A DNA stretch of 64,000 nucleotides, from NCBI GenBank assembly GCA_964484135.1, contig CAZAEL010000001.1, forward strand, positions 64-64,063, read 5' to 3'. A program made the position numbers and the translations under genes. This document shows positions 29,022 through 38,263 of the stretch, piece after piece; position 1 is the first letter of the stretch, and every line of letters begins with the position of its first letter. The notes beneath the pieces are model-generated. The model was not told the DNA's origin. It saw nothing but the letters and a program-made list of their open reading frames with translations, and did no database searches. The DNA is from an uncultured Elusimicrobia bacterium. GTDB taxonomy: Bacteria; Elusimicrobiota; Elusimicrobia; FEN-1173.

Positions 29022-30290
29022 ATGCACCGTTTCCTGTTTTTGCTGCGCACCGGGCCGGACGTGGACCACATCGCGCCCATGATCTGGACCTGCCTGCAGA
29101 GGGGCGACCGGGTCCTGGCGGTTTTTGAGGAACCCCTCCCCGGAGAAGGACGCTTCCTCCCGGAGAAAGACGACCGCATCCGTTTCCTGCGTCAAAACCC
29201 CGGATTTCAAATCCTCCCGCTGACGGGCTTCGGTTTTTCCAGCCCAGCCCTCCGCAAACTTGGCCGCCTGATCTGGAACTTTTACGCGCTCCGGGCCCTG
29301 CTCCGGCGGCAAGGCATCGACGCCTGTTTCTTTGATTGGGGCTTCGGCGAAACCTCGGACCTGGCGCCGCTGTCTCCGCCGCGCTGGCTGCGGGTGCGGT
29401 TCACCAAGAACCTTCGCAGCCAGCTCATCATGGCCGGCCGGTCCCTGGGCCTTCCCCTGGTCTGCCTGCCCCACGGCGTGAGCACCAAGCTCAACATCGA
29501 CATCAGCCCTCATGCCCGGGAGGCGCTGGAGGAGCACGGCGGGGAGCTCCCTTTCGAGGACCGCAATTGTTTTACCGCGTACGTCTTCACCTCCGAGCTG
29601 CAGCGGCGCCTGTTCGTCGAGAAGGCCAGGCTCGAGCCGGAGAAGGCCCAGGCCTGGGGCAGCCTGCGCTTCTGCCCGGAGTGGATGAAAATTCTGGAAC
29701 GAATTCTGCCGCCCGCGTCCCTGCCGCCCAAGGGAGAGGGCCGGGCGCGGGTGCTGTTTTTCCTGCCCAAGTGGTACAACCGCGTGAACAAAGGCAAAAC
29801 CGTCTCGCTCCTGAAGGCCCTGGCCCGCCGGGAGGACGTCCAGCTCGTCCTCGGGATCCATCCGCGCAAGGACGTGGCCGGGCTGGATGAGTCCACCCTG
29901 GCCGGGCTCCGGGCCCGGCCCAACGTGTGCCTGGCCGGCAACGTCAACTCCGTGTCCCTGGTCCGCGTCTCGGACGCGGTGGTGGACGTGGGCTCCGGCA
30001 TGGCCGTGGAGGCCATCCTTCAAGGGAAGCGCCTGATTTATCCGCAGTACCTCCATGAGAACCGGCTGGTGTTCGACGAACTGGGCGGCTGCGCCATCGC
30101 CCGTTCGGAGGCGGAGGTGGGCCGGTTTTTGGACAGGATCGTCCGGGGAGAGAGCCCGGGGGATTTCGAGGCGGGCGCCCGGGCCGTGGTCCGGGAAATC
30201 GTGTACGCGGGCCGGGAGCCCTATGACGTCCCGGCCCATTATTACGGCCGCGTGCGGGAACTCTTGAAGGATGTCCCCGCGGCCGCGTGA
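29022..30290 (+). CDS. Hypothetical protein, possible GT-B-like transferase (TagF/KpsS-like); function unassigned
   Basis: The 422 aa product has a Rossmann-like C-terminal half (LVLGIHPRKD...VVDVGSGMAVEAIL) and follows the kpsF-like gene. Confidence 0.4.
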   Translation: MHRFLFLLRTGPDVDHIAPMIWTCLQRGDRVLAVFEEPLPGEGRFLPEKDDRIRFLRQNPGFQILPLTGFGFSSPALRKLGRLIWNFYALRALLRRQGIDACFFDWGFGETSDLAPLSPPRWLRVRFTKNLRSQLIMAGRSLGLPLVCLPHGVSTKLNIDISPHAREALEEHGGELPFEDRNCFTAYVFTSELQRRLFVEKARLEPEKAQAWGSLRFCPEWMKILERILPPASLPPKGEGRARVLFFLPKWYNRVNKGKTVSLLKALARREDVQLVLGIHPRKDVAGLDESTLAGLRARPNVCLAGNVNSVSLVRVSDAVVDVGSGMAVEAILQGKRLIYPQYLHENRLVFDELGGCAIARSEAEVGRFLDRIVRGESPGDFEAGARAVVREIVYAGREPYDVPAHYYGRVRELLKDVPAAA

Positions 30291-31276
30291 GGCGCGACAT
30301 GACCGGACCTTCCCATCCCGCGCTTGAGACGTTTCAGGAAACTTTCAAACACCGGCGGCAACGGGCGGCCTGCCTCTGCGGGTCGCGGTGGGGGATCCCG
30401 GTGCGTTGCCGGGACCGGTACGGCCTGCCCATCAGGCCCTTCTTCTGCCTGCGGTGCGGGCACGTGTACGCCAAGTTCCGGCTGGAGGAGGCGGACCTGG
30501 ACCGTTTTTACGCGGAGAGCTACCGGGCGTTGTACGCGCCCGGGGACGGCCTCAAAACCCCGGAGGCCGCGGCTTCCCGAATCCAAAAGGCACGGGAGGT
30601 GCTGTATCCCGTGTTTCGGTCCTTCTTCCCCGATGGCGCGGGACGCACGGTCATGGAGTGGGGCTGTGGCGCGGGCTGGAACCTGGTGCCGTTCCGGGAA
30701 GCGGGCGTCCGGGCCCTGGGTTTTGACTTTGACCGGGGGTACGTGGAATATGGACGGACGGCCTTCGGCCTCGACCTGCGGGTCATGGAGAGGGGCCCCT
30801 TCGACCCCATGCCCTCCGCCAACGGGCCCGTGGACTTCCTGATCTTGAACCACGTGCTGGAGCACGTGGCCGACCCGTTCGGGCTTTTGAAGAGGGCGTC
30901 CGCCTGGGTGAAGGAAGGGGGCGTGATCTTCGTGGGCCTGCCATTCCTGGAGAACCTGCCCATCTGGGGCTTCAAAAACTATTTCCACGTGGCCCATCTG
31001 CACTATTTCAGCGCCCCCCATTTTTGCGCCATGGCGGTCTCGCGGGGATGGGATGTCATGTCCTACGACACGGCCCAAGGGTGGGCGGCGCTGCGTCCGG
31101 GCCGGTCTTCCGCCTCCGGCCCCGCCGCCTTCCGGCTGTACAACGGCCTGCGCCTGGTTCAATTCGCCGTGATTTACGGAGGGCTCGCGCCTTTGGGACG
31201 CACTCTGCGTTTCGCCTTCCCTTGGCTGGGAAGGCCCATGCGGAGACTCAAAGAATTCCTTCTCAAGGGGGGGTGA
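30287..31276 (+). CDS. Class I SAM-dependent methyltransferase with N-terminal Cys4 zinc ribbon
   Basis: The product has CLCGS...CLRCG, SAM motif I (VMEWGCGAGW) and LILNHVLEHV. It overlaps the upstream gene by 4 nt. Confidence 0.75.
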   Translation: MRRDMTGPSHPALETFQETFKHRRQRAACLCGSRWGIPVRCRDRYGLPIRPFFCLRCGHVYAKFRLEEADLDRFYAESYRALYAPGDGLKTPEAAASRIQKAREVLYPVFRSFFPDGAGRTVMEWGCGAGWNLVPFREAGVRALGFDFDRGYVEYGRTAFGLDLRVMERGPFDPMPSANGPVDFLILNHVLEHVADPFGLLKRASAWVKEGGVIFVGLPFLENLPIWGFKNYFHVAHLHYFSAPHFCAMAVSRGWDVMSYDTAQGWAALRPGRSSASGPAAFRLYNGLRLVQFAVIYGGLAPLGRTLRFAFPWLGRPMRRLKEFLLKGG

Positions 31277-31278
31277 GC

Positions 31279-32004
31279 ATGAATCGAGTTTTTATCGGGT
31301 ACGACACGCGCTTGGACATCGACAGCCGCGTGCTGCGGTATTCCCTGCTCAAGCACGCCTCCCAACCCTTGGACGTCCGTTTCCTGGTCCTGAAGGAGCT
31401 GGATTTCCAACGGCCTCCGGACCCCCTGGCCTCCACGGAGTTCACGTACACCCGCTTCCTGGTGCCCCACCTCTGCGGCTTCAAAGGCCGGGCCCTGTTC
31501 ATGGACAGCGACATGCTGTGCCTCTCGGACATCATGGAGCTTTTGAACATGGACCTGTCCCGCCATTGGCTCCGTGTGGTCAAGCACGACCACAACCCCA
31601 CCTCCCAATTCAAGCTGGACGGCCGGGTCCAGACCCGGTACCCGCGCAAGAACTGGTCCAGCCTCATGCTCATGAACTGCGAGAAGCTGACGGTCTGGAC
31701 CAAGGAGAACGTGGAGACCCAGCCCGCGGCCTGGCTGCACCGTTTCGAGCCCATCCCGGACGAGGCCATCGGCGACCTGCCCAGGGAGCATTGGAACGTG
31801 CTGGATTATTACGACGACAAGACCAAACTCATCCACTACACGGAGGGCGGCCCCTGGTTCGAGGATTACAAGGACCATCCGTACGGGGACGTCTGGTACC
31901 GGTACCGGGACGAATTTTTGGCCACGCCCGAAGGCCAAGAGTATCTCAAGTCGCGCGGCGGCGTGGTCCGCCCCATCCCCACGCTCCGCCGCCGGAAGGC
32001 CTGA
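31279..32004 (+). CDS. Glycosyltransferase, GT8-like (nucleotide-diphospho-sugar transferase fold)
   Basis: The 241 aa product has an FMDSDM DxD-type motif. The ATG at 31279 sits 2 nt after the upstream stop. Confidence 0.6.
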   Translation: MNRVFIGYDTRLDIDSRVLRYSLLKHASQPLDVRFLVLKELDFQRPPDPLASTEFTYTRFLVPHLCGFKGRALFMDSDMLCLSDIMELLNMDLSRHWLRVVKHDHNPTSQFKLDGRVQTRYPRKNWSSLMLMNCEKLTVWTKENVETQPAAWLHRFEPIPDEAIGDLPREHWNVLDYYDDKTKLIHYTEGGPWFEDYKDHPYGDVWYRYRDEFLATPEGQEYLKSRGGVVRPIPTLRRRKA

Positions 32005-32036
32005 GAGGGGACGTTTTTAAGGTTGGGAAAGCGATC

Positions 32037-33863
32037 GTGAAAAACACCGGCGTTCTGGTCCTGTTGAGGCACCTGTTCTCCCGGCACCCCTGGCGCATGG
32101 CCGCGGTGGTGGGGTCCATGGCCTTTGTGAGCCTGATCCAGGGCCTGGGCATGGTGCTGCTGGTGCCGCTCCTGTCCAAGGCGGGCCTGGGGGCTTCCGC
32201 GCCCTCGGCCGGGTCCGGATTTCTCCTCCGGGCGACGGAGGCGCTGTTCGCGGCCCTGGGCCTGTCCGCCAGCCTGCGGAACATCCTGTTTTTCTTTCTC
32301 CTCCTGGTGGTGTTCGAGAACCTGCTCCGGTTCCAGCAGATGACGTACGTGCGTAGGTTCGTGGGATACTTCGCGGTCCGCTTGAGGCTGGCCCTGTACG
32401 AGGCGTACCTGTCCGCGTCCTGGCCCTTCTGGCTGGAGAAACGCTTGGGCGAGATGGCCAGCCGCCTGACCCTGGAGGCGGGACGGGTGGAGTCGGCGCT
32501 TTGGAGCCTGGCCATTTTCCTGTCCGGCGTGATCGGGGCCTGCGTGTACCTGGCCGCGGCCTTTGCCCTGTCCTGGCCCATGGCCCTCCTCTATTTGATC
32601 GGCGGCGGAACGCTCCTGGCCTTTATGGAGACCCGCTCCCTGGCGCGGAACGCGGCCGGCGCCCACGTCAGTTCCCACAACAACGCCCTGCAGGAAGTGG
32701 TCATGGAACACCTGGGCGGGGCCAAGATGATCAAGGCTTCCGGCGCCCTGGAACGCAGCCGGCAGATGTTCGAGCGGGTGGTCAGCGCCCTGAACCAGGC
32801 CGAGATCCGGGGAAACGTGGCCATTTACAAAAACTCAGCCTGGTTCGGCTGCCTCATCATGGTCCTTTTGTGCTTGGGGTTTTACAGCGCGGTGGTTTAT
32901 TTCCAAGTGGAGATGGTGGAGGCGCTGGTGGTGCTGTTCATCTTTTTCCGTTTGTCCGCTCGATTGTCCGACCTCCAGCAGACGGGCCACGCCACCCTGA
33001 TGTACACCCCGGCGTACGCCGGCATTTTGCAGGACCTTCGGGCCGCGGAGCAGGCCGCGGAACGGCCGGCCCGGTCCGTTCAAGCGGACTGTCCTCTTTT
33101 GAAGGAATCGGTGCGCCTGGAGGACGTCTCCTTTTCGTACCGGGAGGGCAGCCCGGTTCTCAAGGGCGTGAGCCTCTCCATCCCAGCCGGGAAAACCGTG
33201 GCCCTGGCCGGGAAATCCGGCTGCGGCAAGAGCACGCTCTTGGACATCCTGGCGGGCCTGCTGAGGCCCGGTTCCGGCCGGGTGTTGGTGGACGGGGTGG
33301 ACCTTCAGACCGTGGATTTGCAAAGCTGGCGTTCCCGGCTCGGGTACGTGGGCCAGGAATCGGTGCTCTTTTTCGACACCGTGGCCGAAAATTTGCGCTG
33401 GGCCAACCCCCGGGCCGCCATGGCGGACATGGAGCGGGCCGCGCGCCTGGCCCATGCCCATGAGTTCATCCAGGCCCTGCCCAAAGGATACGACACCCCC
33501 ATCGGCAACCGGGGCACGCAATTGTCCGGCGGGGAACGGCAGCGGCTGGCCCTGGCCCGGGCCCTGTTGAGCGAGCCCCGTTTGCTCCTGCTGGACGAGG
33601 CCACCAGCTCTCTGGACGCCGAATCCGAAAGCAAGGTCCAGGCGGCCATTGACGGGTTGCGGGGCCAAGTGACCATGGTGCTGGTGGCCCATAGGCTGGC
33701 CACCCTGCGCAACGCGGATTGGATTTGCGTCTTGGATGAGGGCCGGATCGCGCAGCAGGGGACTTGGGAGCAGTTGGCCCATCATCCCGGACCTTTCCAG
33801 GCGCTGTGGGCGCTGCAGACCGCGGAGCCGGGGACTTCGGAAAAGAGGAGCGCCCGCATATGA
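32037..33863 (+). CDS. ABC transporter, fused permease/ATPase exporter (MsbA/PglK-like)
   Basis: Six TM segments are followed by Walker A (GKSGCGKST), the ABC signature (LSGGERQR) and Walker B (LLLLDEATS). A GTG start at 32037 is proposed; the ORF-track ATG at 31518 lies inside upstream genes. Confidence 0.8.
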   Translation: MKNTGVLVLLRHLFSRHPWRMAAVVGSMAFVSLIQGLGMVLLVPLLSKAGLGASAPSAGSGFLLRATEALFAALGLSASLRNILFFFLLLVVFENLLRFQQMTYVRRFVGYFAVRLRLALYEAYLSASWPFWLEKRLGEMASRLTLEAGRVESALWSLAIFLSGVIGACVYLAAAFALSWPMALLYLIGGGTLLAFMETRSLARNAAGAHVSSHNNALQEVVMEHLGGAKMIKASGALERSRQMFERVVSALNQAEIRGNVAIYKNSAWFGCLIMVLLCLGFYSAVVYFQVEMVEALVVLFIFFRLSARLSDLQQTGHATLMYTPAYAGILQDLRAAEQAAERPARSVQADCPLLKESVRLEDVSFSYREGSPVLKGVSLSIPAGKTVALAGKSGCGKSTLLDILAGLLRPGSGRVLVDGVDLQTVDLQSWRSRLGYVGQESVLFFDTVAENLRWANPRAAMADMERAARLAHAHEFIQALPKGYDTPIGNRGTQLSGGERQRLALARALLSEPRLLLLDEATSSLDAESESKVQAAIDGLRGQVTMVLVAHRLATLRNADWICVLDEGRIAQQGTWEQLAHHPGPFQALWALQTAEPGTSEKRSARI

Positions 33864-33970
33864 AGGTCCGCATCTCCCCGTCTTTGATTTCGCGGCCCGC
33901 CGTTCTGCGCGGCGTCGGAGCGGAATTTGAGGAAGGGATGGAGCGGATCATTCGGGAGGCGAGATCATGA
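33860..33970 (+). CDS. Small ORF (36 aa) coupled on both sides by ATGA overlaps
   Basis: The product is MKVRISPSLISRPAVLRGVGAEFEEGMERIIREARS. Its ATG overlaps the ABC transporter stop and its stop overlaps the aldolase ATG. Confidence 0.35.
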   Translation: MKVRISPSLISRPAVLRGVGAEFEEGMERIIREARS

Positions 33971-35109
33971 AAAAGAACGCGTCGGCGAAGGGCCCGGGGA
34001 ACGGCGTCCGGGGGAAAACGGCCCCGGGGTTCCGGATCCTGGAGACCACCCTGCGGGACGGCAGCTACACCATCAACTTCCAGTTCACGGCCAGCGACAC
34101 GGAGCTCATCGCCGCGGCCCTGGAGGACGCGGGCTTCGAGCTGATCGAAGTGGGGCACGGCGTGGGCCTCAACGCCTCGAATTGCGGCGCCGGCCAAGCG
34201 GCCCAGACGGACGAGGAGTACATGGCGGCCGCGGCCCGGGCCCTCAAGAAGGCCAGGTTCGGCATGTTCTGCATCCCCGGCATCGCGCGGCTGGAGGACA
34301 TCGACAAGGCGGCGGAGCACGGCATGGGGTTCATCCGCATCGGGACGGACGTGTCGCGCATGGAGGAATCCGAGCCCTTCATCGCCCGGGCCCGGAAGCA
34401 CGGCATGTACGTGACCGCCAATTTCATGAAGTCCTACGTGATGGATCCCAAGGGTTTCGCGGAGAAGGCGCGCCTGAGCCAGAAGTTCGGCTCCGAGGCG
34501 CTGTACCTGGTGGATTCGGCGGGGGGCATGTTCCCGGAGGACATCGAGGCCTATTTCAAGGCGGTGCGCGACGTCTGCGACATCCCCCTCGGGTTCCACG
34601 GCCACGACAACCTGGGCCTGGCCGTGATCAACACGCTCAAGGCCATCGAGCTGGGCGCGGCCCTGGCGGACACCTCTTTGCAGGGGTTCGGCCGCAGCGC
34701 GGGCAACGCGGCCACGGAGCTGGTGGCGGCGGCCCTCCGCCGGCAAGGGGTCCACGTGCCCATCGACCTGATGAAGGTTTTCGACGCCGGCGAGAAATTC
34801 ATAAAACCCCTCATCACCAACCGTGGTCTGGATTCCCTGGACATCGTGGCCGGCTATTCTCTTTTCCATTCCAGCTTCATGGGCGTCATCAAGAAATATT
34901 CGGACAAATACAAGATCGACCCCCGCAAGCTCATCATCGGCGTGACGCGGGAGACCCAGGTGAGCGCCCCGCCGGACCTGGTGGAGCGCATCGCCAAGGA
35001 GATCAGCGAGACCTCGGACGAGGTGTTCACGGCCCGGTACCGGCTGGACAAATACCACGGGGACGAGCAGAACCTGGAAGACAAGGTGGCCGGGAAACCC
35101 AAGAAATGA
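33967..35109 (+). CDS. HMGL-like (DRE-TIM metallolyase) aldolase, 4-hydroxy-2-oxovalerate aldolase (DmpG/MhpE) family
   Basis: The product has TLRDGSY and HGHDNLGLAV metal-binding motifs and a DmpG-like C-terminal communication domain. Confidence 0.78.
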   Translation: MKKNASAKGPGNGVRGKTAPGFRILETTLRDGSYTINFQFTASDTELIAAALEDAGFELIEVGHGVGLNASNCGAGQAAQTDEEYMAAAARALKKARFGMFCIPGIARLEDIDKAAEHGMGFIRIGTDVSRMEESEPFIARARKHGMYVTANFMKSYVMDPKGFAEKARLSQKFGSEALYLVDSAGGMFPEDIEAYFKAVRDVCDIPLGFHGHDNLGLAVINTLKAIELGAALADTSLQGFGRSAGNAATELVAAALRRQGVHVPIDLMKVFDAGEKFIKPLITNRGLDSLDIVAGYSLFHSSFMGVIKKYSDKYKIDPRKLIIGVTRETQVSAPPDLVERIAKEISETSDEVFTARYRLDKYHGDEQNLEDKVAGKPKK

Positions 35110-36653
35110 ACGTCGTCGAGCAGCTCCAGGCGCCGCTCCGGAAAAATTCCGGCCGGGTCTTCCTGACGGACCCGGGCGCGGGCCGTTCCGTCACGTACGA
35201 AGAGTTCGCGCGCCTGGCCGCGGGCCTGGCCCGGCGGCTCCGCCTGGATGGCGTGGGGCCGGGAGACCGGGTCGCGGCCTGCCTGGACAATTCCCCGGAG
35301 TACGCGGTGTTCTATTTTTCCTGCGCCCTCCTGGGGGCCGCGGCCGTCCCCCTGAACCCGGCGCTGCACGCCGCGGACATGGCCTTCATCCTGAAAACCG
35401 CGGGCGCCAAGCGGCTGCTTTTTTCGCCGCGCCTGGAACCGGCCCTGGCCTCCCTGGAAACCGGCGGGCTCCGGAGGACCGCGCTCTCCTTCGCGCCGGC
35501 GGGGAAAGGCGGCCTGGCCCTGTCCGAATCGCCGGGCGACGCCGCGGACTGGGAAAGCCTGCCGGCCTCGGCCGGGGAGAACATCTTCAGCCTGGTGTTC
35601 ACCTCCGGTACCACGGGCCGGCCCAAGGGCGTGGCCCACAGGCTGGGGAGCCTGGTCCGTTGCGCCGCCGCCTTCAACGCGGAGCACGGGGTGGCCCCGG
35701 AGGACAATTTTTACCACGTCCTGCCGATGTCCTACACCGCGGGGTTTTTCAACCTCCTGATCAGCCCCTGGCTGGCCGGGGCGGGCGTGGTCTTGACCCG
35801 GGGCTTGGACCCGCGCCTGCCCCTGGAGTTTTGGGAAAACTGCGTCCGTTACGGCGTCAACACCTTCTGGCTGGTGCCGACCCTCATGGCCATGCTGCTC
35901 AAGGTGGACCGGGACGAACGGGGTCCGCGCCACTGCCGGGAAAAGGTCAAGAACATTTTCGTGGGCACGGCGCCCCTGACCGTGAAGCTGCGCCGGGCCT
36001 TTGAGGAGGCGTACGGGGTGCGGGTCTGGGAAAGCTACGGCCTGTCCGAAACCCTGTTCGTCACCACCAACTCCCGCGCCCGGCCCGTGCGCGACGGGTC
36101 GGCGGGATACCCTCTGCCCGGGGTGAGCCTGAGGATCAAGGACGAGACGGGGCGGGACCTGCCGCCCGGCCGGGAGGGGGAGATCTTCATCGAGACCCCG
36201 GACCTCATGGCCGGGTATCTGGAGGAAGGCACGGGGCGAATCCAGCCGCCGGCCTCCGCCTTCGCCAGCGGGGACATGGGGCGCGTCGGTCCTGACGGCG
36301 AACTTTACATCACGGACCGCAAAAAGGACCTGATCATCCGGGCCGGGTACAACGTCAGCCCCCAGGCCGTGGAGAACGTGCTGCTGTCCCATCCGGCGGT
36401 GGAGCAGGCCGCGGTGGTGGGCGTGCCCCATGAACTGCAGGGGGAAGAGATCGTGGCCGCGGTGAAACTCAGGCCCGGCCGGGGCTTGGCCGCGGAGCTG
36501 CCGTCCCTGGAGGCGCTGTGCCGGGACATGTTGGGCGTACAGTCCCGGCCTTCCCGGTTCGTGGAGCTGGCGGACATGCCCATGGGCGCCACGGGCAAGG
36601 TCCAGAAGCGGACCATCCGGGAGATGCTCCTGAACGGGGCGTTGAAGGCGTGA
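35106..36653 (+). CDS. AMP-dependent synthetase/ligase (acyl-CoA/acyl-ACP synthetase superfamily)
   Basis: The AMP-binding motif TSGTTGRPKG is followed by YGLSET and GKVQKR. Confidence 0.85.
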   Translation: MNVVEQLQAPLRKNSGRVFLTDPGAGRSVTYEEFARLAAGLARRLRLDGVGPGDRVAACLDNSPEYAVFYFSCALLGAAAVPLNPALHAADMAFILKTAGAKRLLFSPRLEPALASLETGGLRRTALSFAPAGKGGLALSESPGDAADWESLPASAGENIFSLVFTSGTTGRPKGVAHRLGSLVRCAAAFNAEHGVAPEDNFYHVLPMSYTAGFFNLLISPWLAGAGVVLTRGLDPRLPLEFWENCVRYGVNTFWLVPTLMAMLLKVDRDERGPRHCREKVKNIFVGTAPLTVKLRRAFEEAYGVRVWESYGLSETLFVTTNSRARPVRDGSAGYPLPGVSLRIKDETGRDLPPGREGEIFIETPDLMAGYLEEGTGRIQPPASAFASGDMGRVGPDGELYITDRKKDLIIRAGYNVSPQAVENVLLSHPAVEQAAVVGVPHELQGEEIVAAVKLRPGRGLAAELPSLEALCRDMLGVQSRPSRFVELADMPMGATGKVQKRTIREMLLNGALKA

Positions 36654-37324
36654 TCCTGGGCGTGGACCATGTGGCGCTGTCCTGCGACGACCTCCGCCGC
36701 GCGGCCCAAAACCTGGAACGGGAGGGATTCCGTCTCAAATTTGTGGAAGAGAGATTGCCCAACGCGGAGGCCAAAAAGCCGTTCTTGCGGGAGTACCGTC
36801 CGGACCACGGCCTGGCCTATTGCCAGGGCCGCGCGGGCGTGGCCGTGGAGCTGACGCGGCACGGCAGGCCGCTCACGAACGGGCCGGGGTTCTACCGGGT
36901 CCGTTTCGACGGACCCTCGGTGCGTGACTTGGGTGTTCCCTGCCGGGACCTGCCGGCCTCGATCTCCTTCTGGACCGAGGGGCTCGGCTTTCGGAAGGAG
37001 TCGGAGGGGCCCGGCGAGGCGCGGCTGCGCATGCCCGCGCCCCTCCCGGCCTGGCAATTGGACGTGAGGCTGGAGGCCGCGGCCGCGCCGCCCGCGACCC
37101 CGTTCTTGGACGACGACGGCGCGGCGTGCCTGGCGCTTTTGAGCAACCGGCTGGAAGAGGACATGTCGCGGGCCCTGCAATGCGGCGGCCGGTCCGGCGC
37201 CCGGTTCGCGGCCCGCGTGAACGGACAGGACTTGCGCATCGGCCTGTTGCGCGGGCCCAGCGACGAGCTGGTCGAACTCATAGAAATCCAGAAAGGAAAC
37301 CCCCATGGCGAAACGGATCATTGA
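36650..37324 (+). CDS. VOC (glyoxalase/bleomycin-resistance/dioxygenase) family protein
   Basis: A GTG start is followed by a VDHVALS-type VOC beta-alpha-beta-beta-beta module. The start site is uncertain. Confidence 0.5.
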   Translation: MILGVDHVALSCDDLRRAAQNLEREGFRLKFVEERLPNAEAKKPFLREYRPDHGLAYCQGRAGVAVELTRHGRPLTNGPGFYRVRFDGPSVRDLGVPCRDLPASISFWTEGLGFRKESEGPGEARLRMPAPLPAWQLDVRLEAAAAPPATPFLDDDGAACLALLSNRLEEDMSRALQCGGRSGARFAARVNGQDLRIGLLRGPSDELVELIEIQKGNPHGETDH

Positions 37325-37970
37325 TTTGTCCTTCCCCATCCACGAAGGCATGACCACGTTCCCGAGCCACTGGCACCCCGTGGTGGAGGTCACCCAACTG
37401 GGTCGGCACGGCATCGAGAACCGGGAGACCCGCAAGGTGGTCCTGGGCACCCACACCGGCACGCACGTGGACGCGCCGTCCCACTTCATCCCGGGCGGGC
37501 CGACCATTGACCGCATCCCCTTGGACAGGCTCATGGGCCGGGCCGCGGTGGTGGACCTGACCCCCTGCGTGGACCTGCACGAGGTGGGCCTGGCGGAGCT
37601 CAAGCGGGCCGTGGGGAACGGGCGGGAATCCATCCTGCTCCTGCGGTACGACTGGTCCGAGCGTTGGGGCCGGGGCGATTACTACAGCCGGTATCCCTTC
37701 CTGTCCCAGGAGGCGGCCCGCTGGCTGGTGGGCCGCGGTACCCAGGTCCTGGGCATGGACACCCCGTCTCCGGACAACCCCCGCCACGGCTGGCAGACGC
37801 CGCTGGATTCCCCCAACCACAAGACGCTCCTGGGCCGGGGCGTCGTCCTGGTGGAATATCTTTGCCACTTGAAAAAAATCCGTTCCAAAAAGGCGGACTT
37901 CTTCGCTTTGCCCCTGAAGATCCGGGACGGGGACGGGGCGCCGGCCCGCTGCGTGGCCGTCGAGGGCTGA
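37305..37970 (+). CDS. Cyclase-family protein (kynurenine formamidase-like metal hydrolase)
   Basis: The product has the HTGTHVDAPSHF motif. Confidence 0.75.
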   Translation: MAKRIIDLSFPIHEGMTTFPSHWHPVVEVTQLGRHGIENRETRKVVLGTHTGTHVDAPSHFIPGGPTIDRIPLDRLMGRAAVVDLTPCVDLHEVGLAELKRAVGNGRESILLLRYDWSERWGRGDYYSRYPFLSQEAARWLVGRGTQVLGMDTPSPDNPRHGWQTPLDSPNHKTLLGRGVVLVEYLCHLKKIRSKKADFFALPLKIRDGDGAPARCVAVEG

Positions 37971-37981
37971 AGGGAGGTTTT

Positions 37982-38263
37982 GTGCCGGAGGACATCCGAG
38001 ACATCGAGAGCTGGCTCCTGGCCTGGTTCGAGAAGCGCCGGGCCCTGGGGAACAAGAGCGGCCAGGACCCGGCCGCGGTCAATTTTTTCGAGGCGGGGTG
38101 GGTGGATTCTTTGCAGGTGATTGAGCTCATCGGCGACGTGGAAAAACAATTCAAGATCCGTTTTAAAGCGGACCATTTCCAGGACCGGCGCTTTTCCTCC
38201 ATCCAGGGGCTGGGGCAGATGGTGCGGGAAATCCAAGAAGGGGCGAAAGATGGCCGTCAATAA
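37982..38263 (+). CDS. Acyl carrier protein
   Basis: The product is about 93 aa with a phosphopantetheine site (GWVDSLQVIEL). A GTG start follows AGGGAGG. Confidence 0.7.
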   Translation: MPEDIRDIESWLLAWFEKRRALGNKSGQDPAAVNFFEAGWVDSLQVIELIGDVEKQFKIRFKADHFQDRRFSSIQGLGQMVREIQEGAKDGRQ

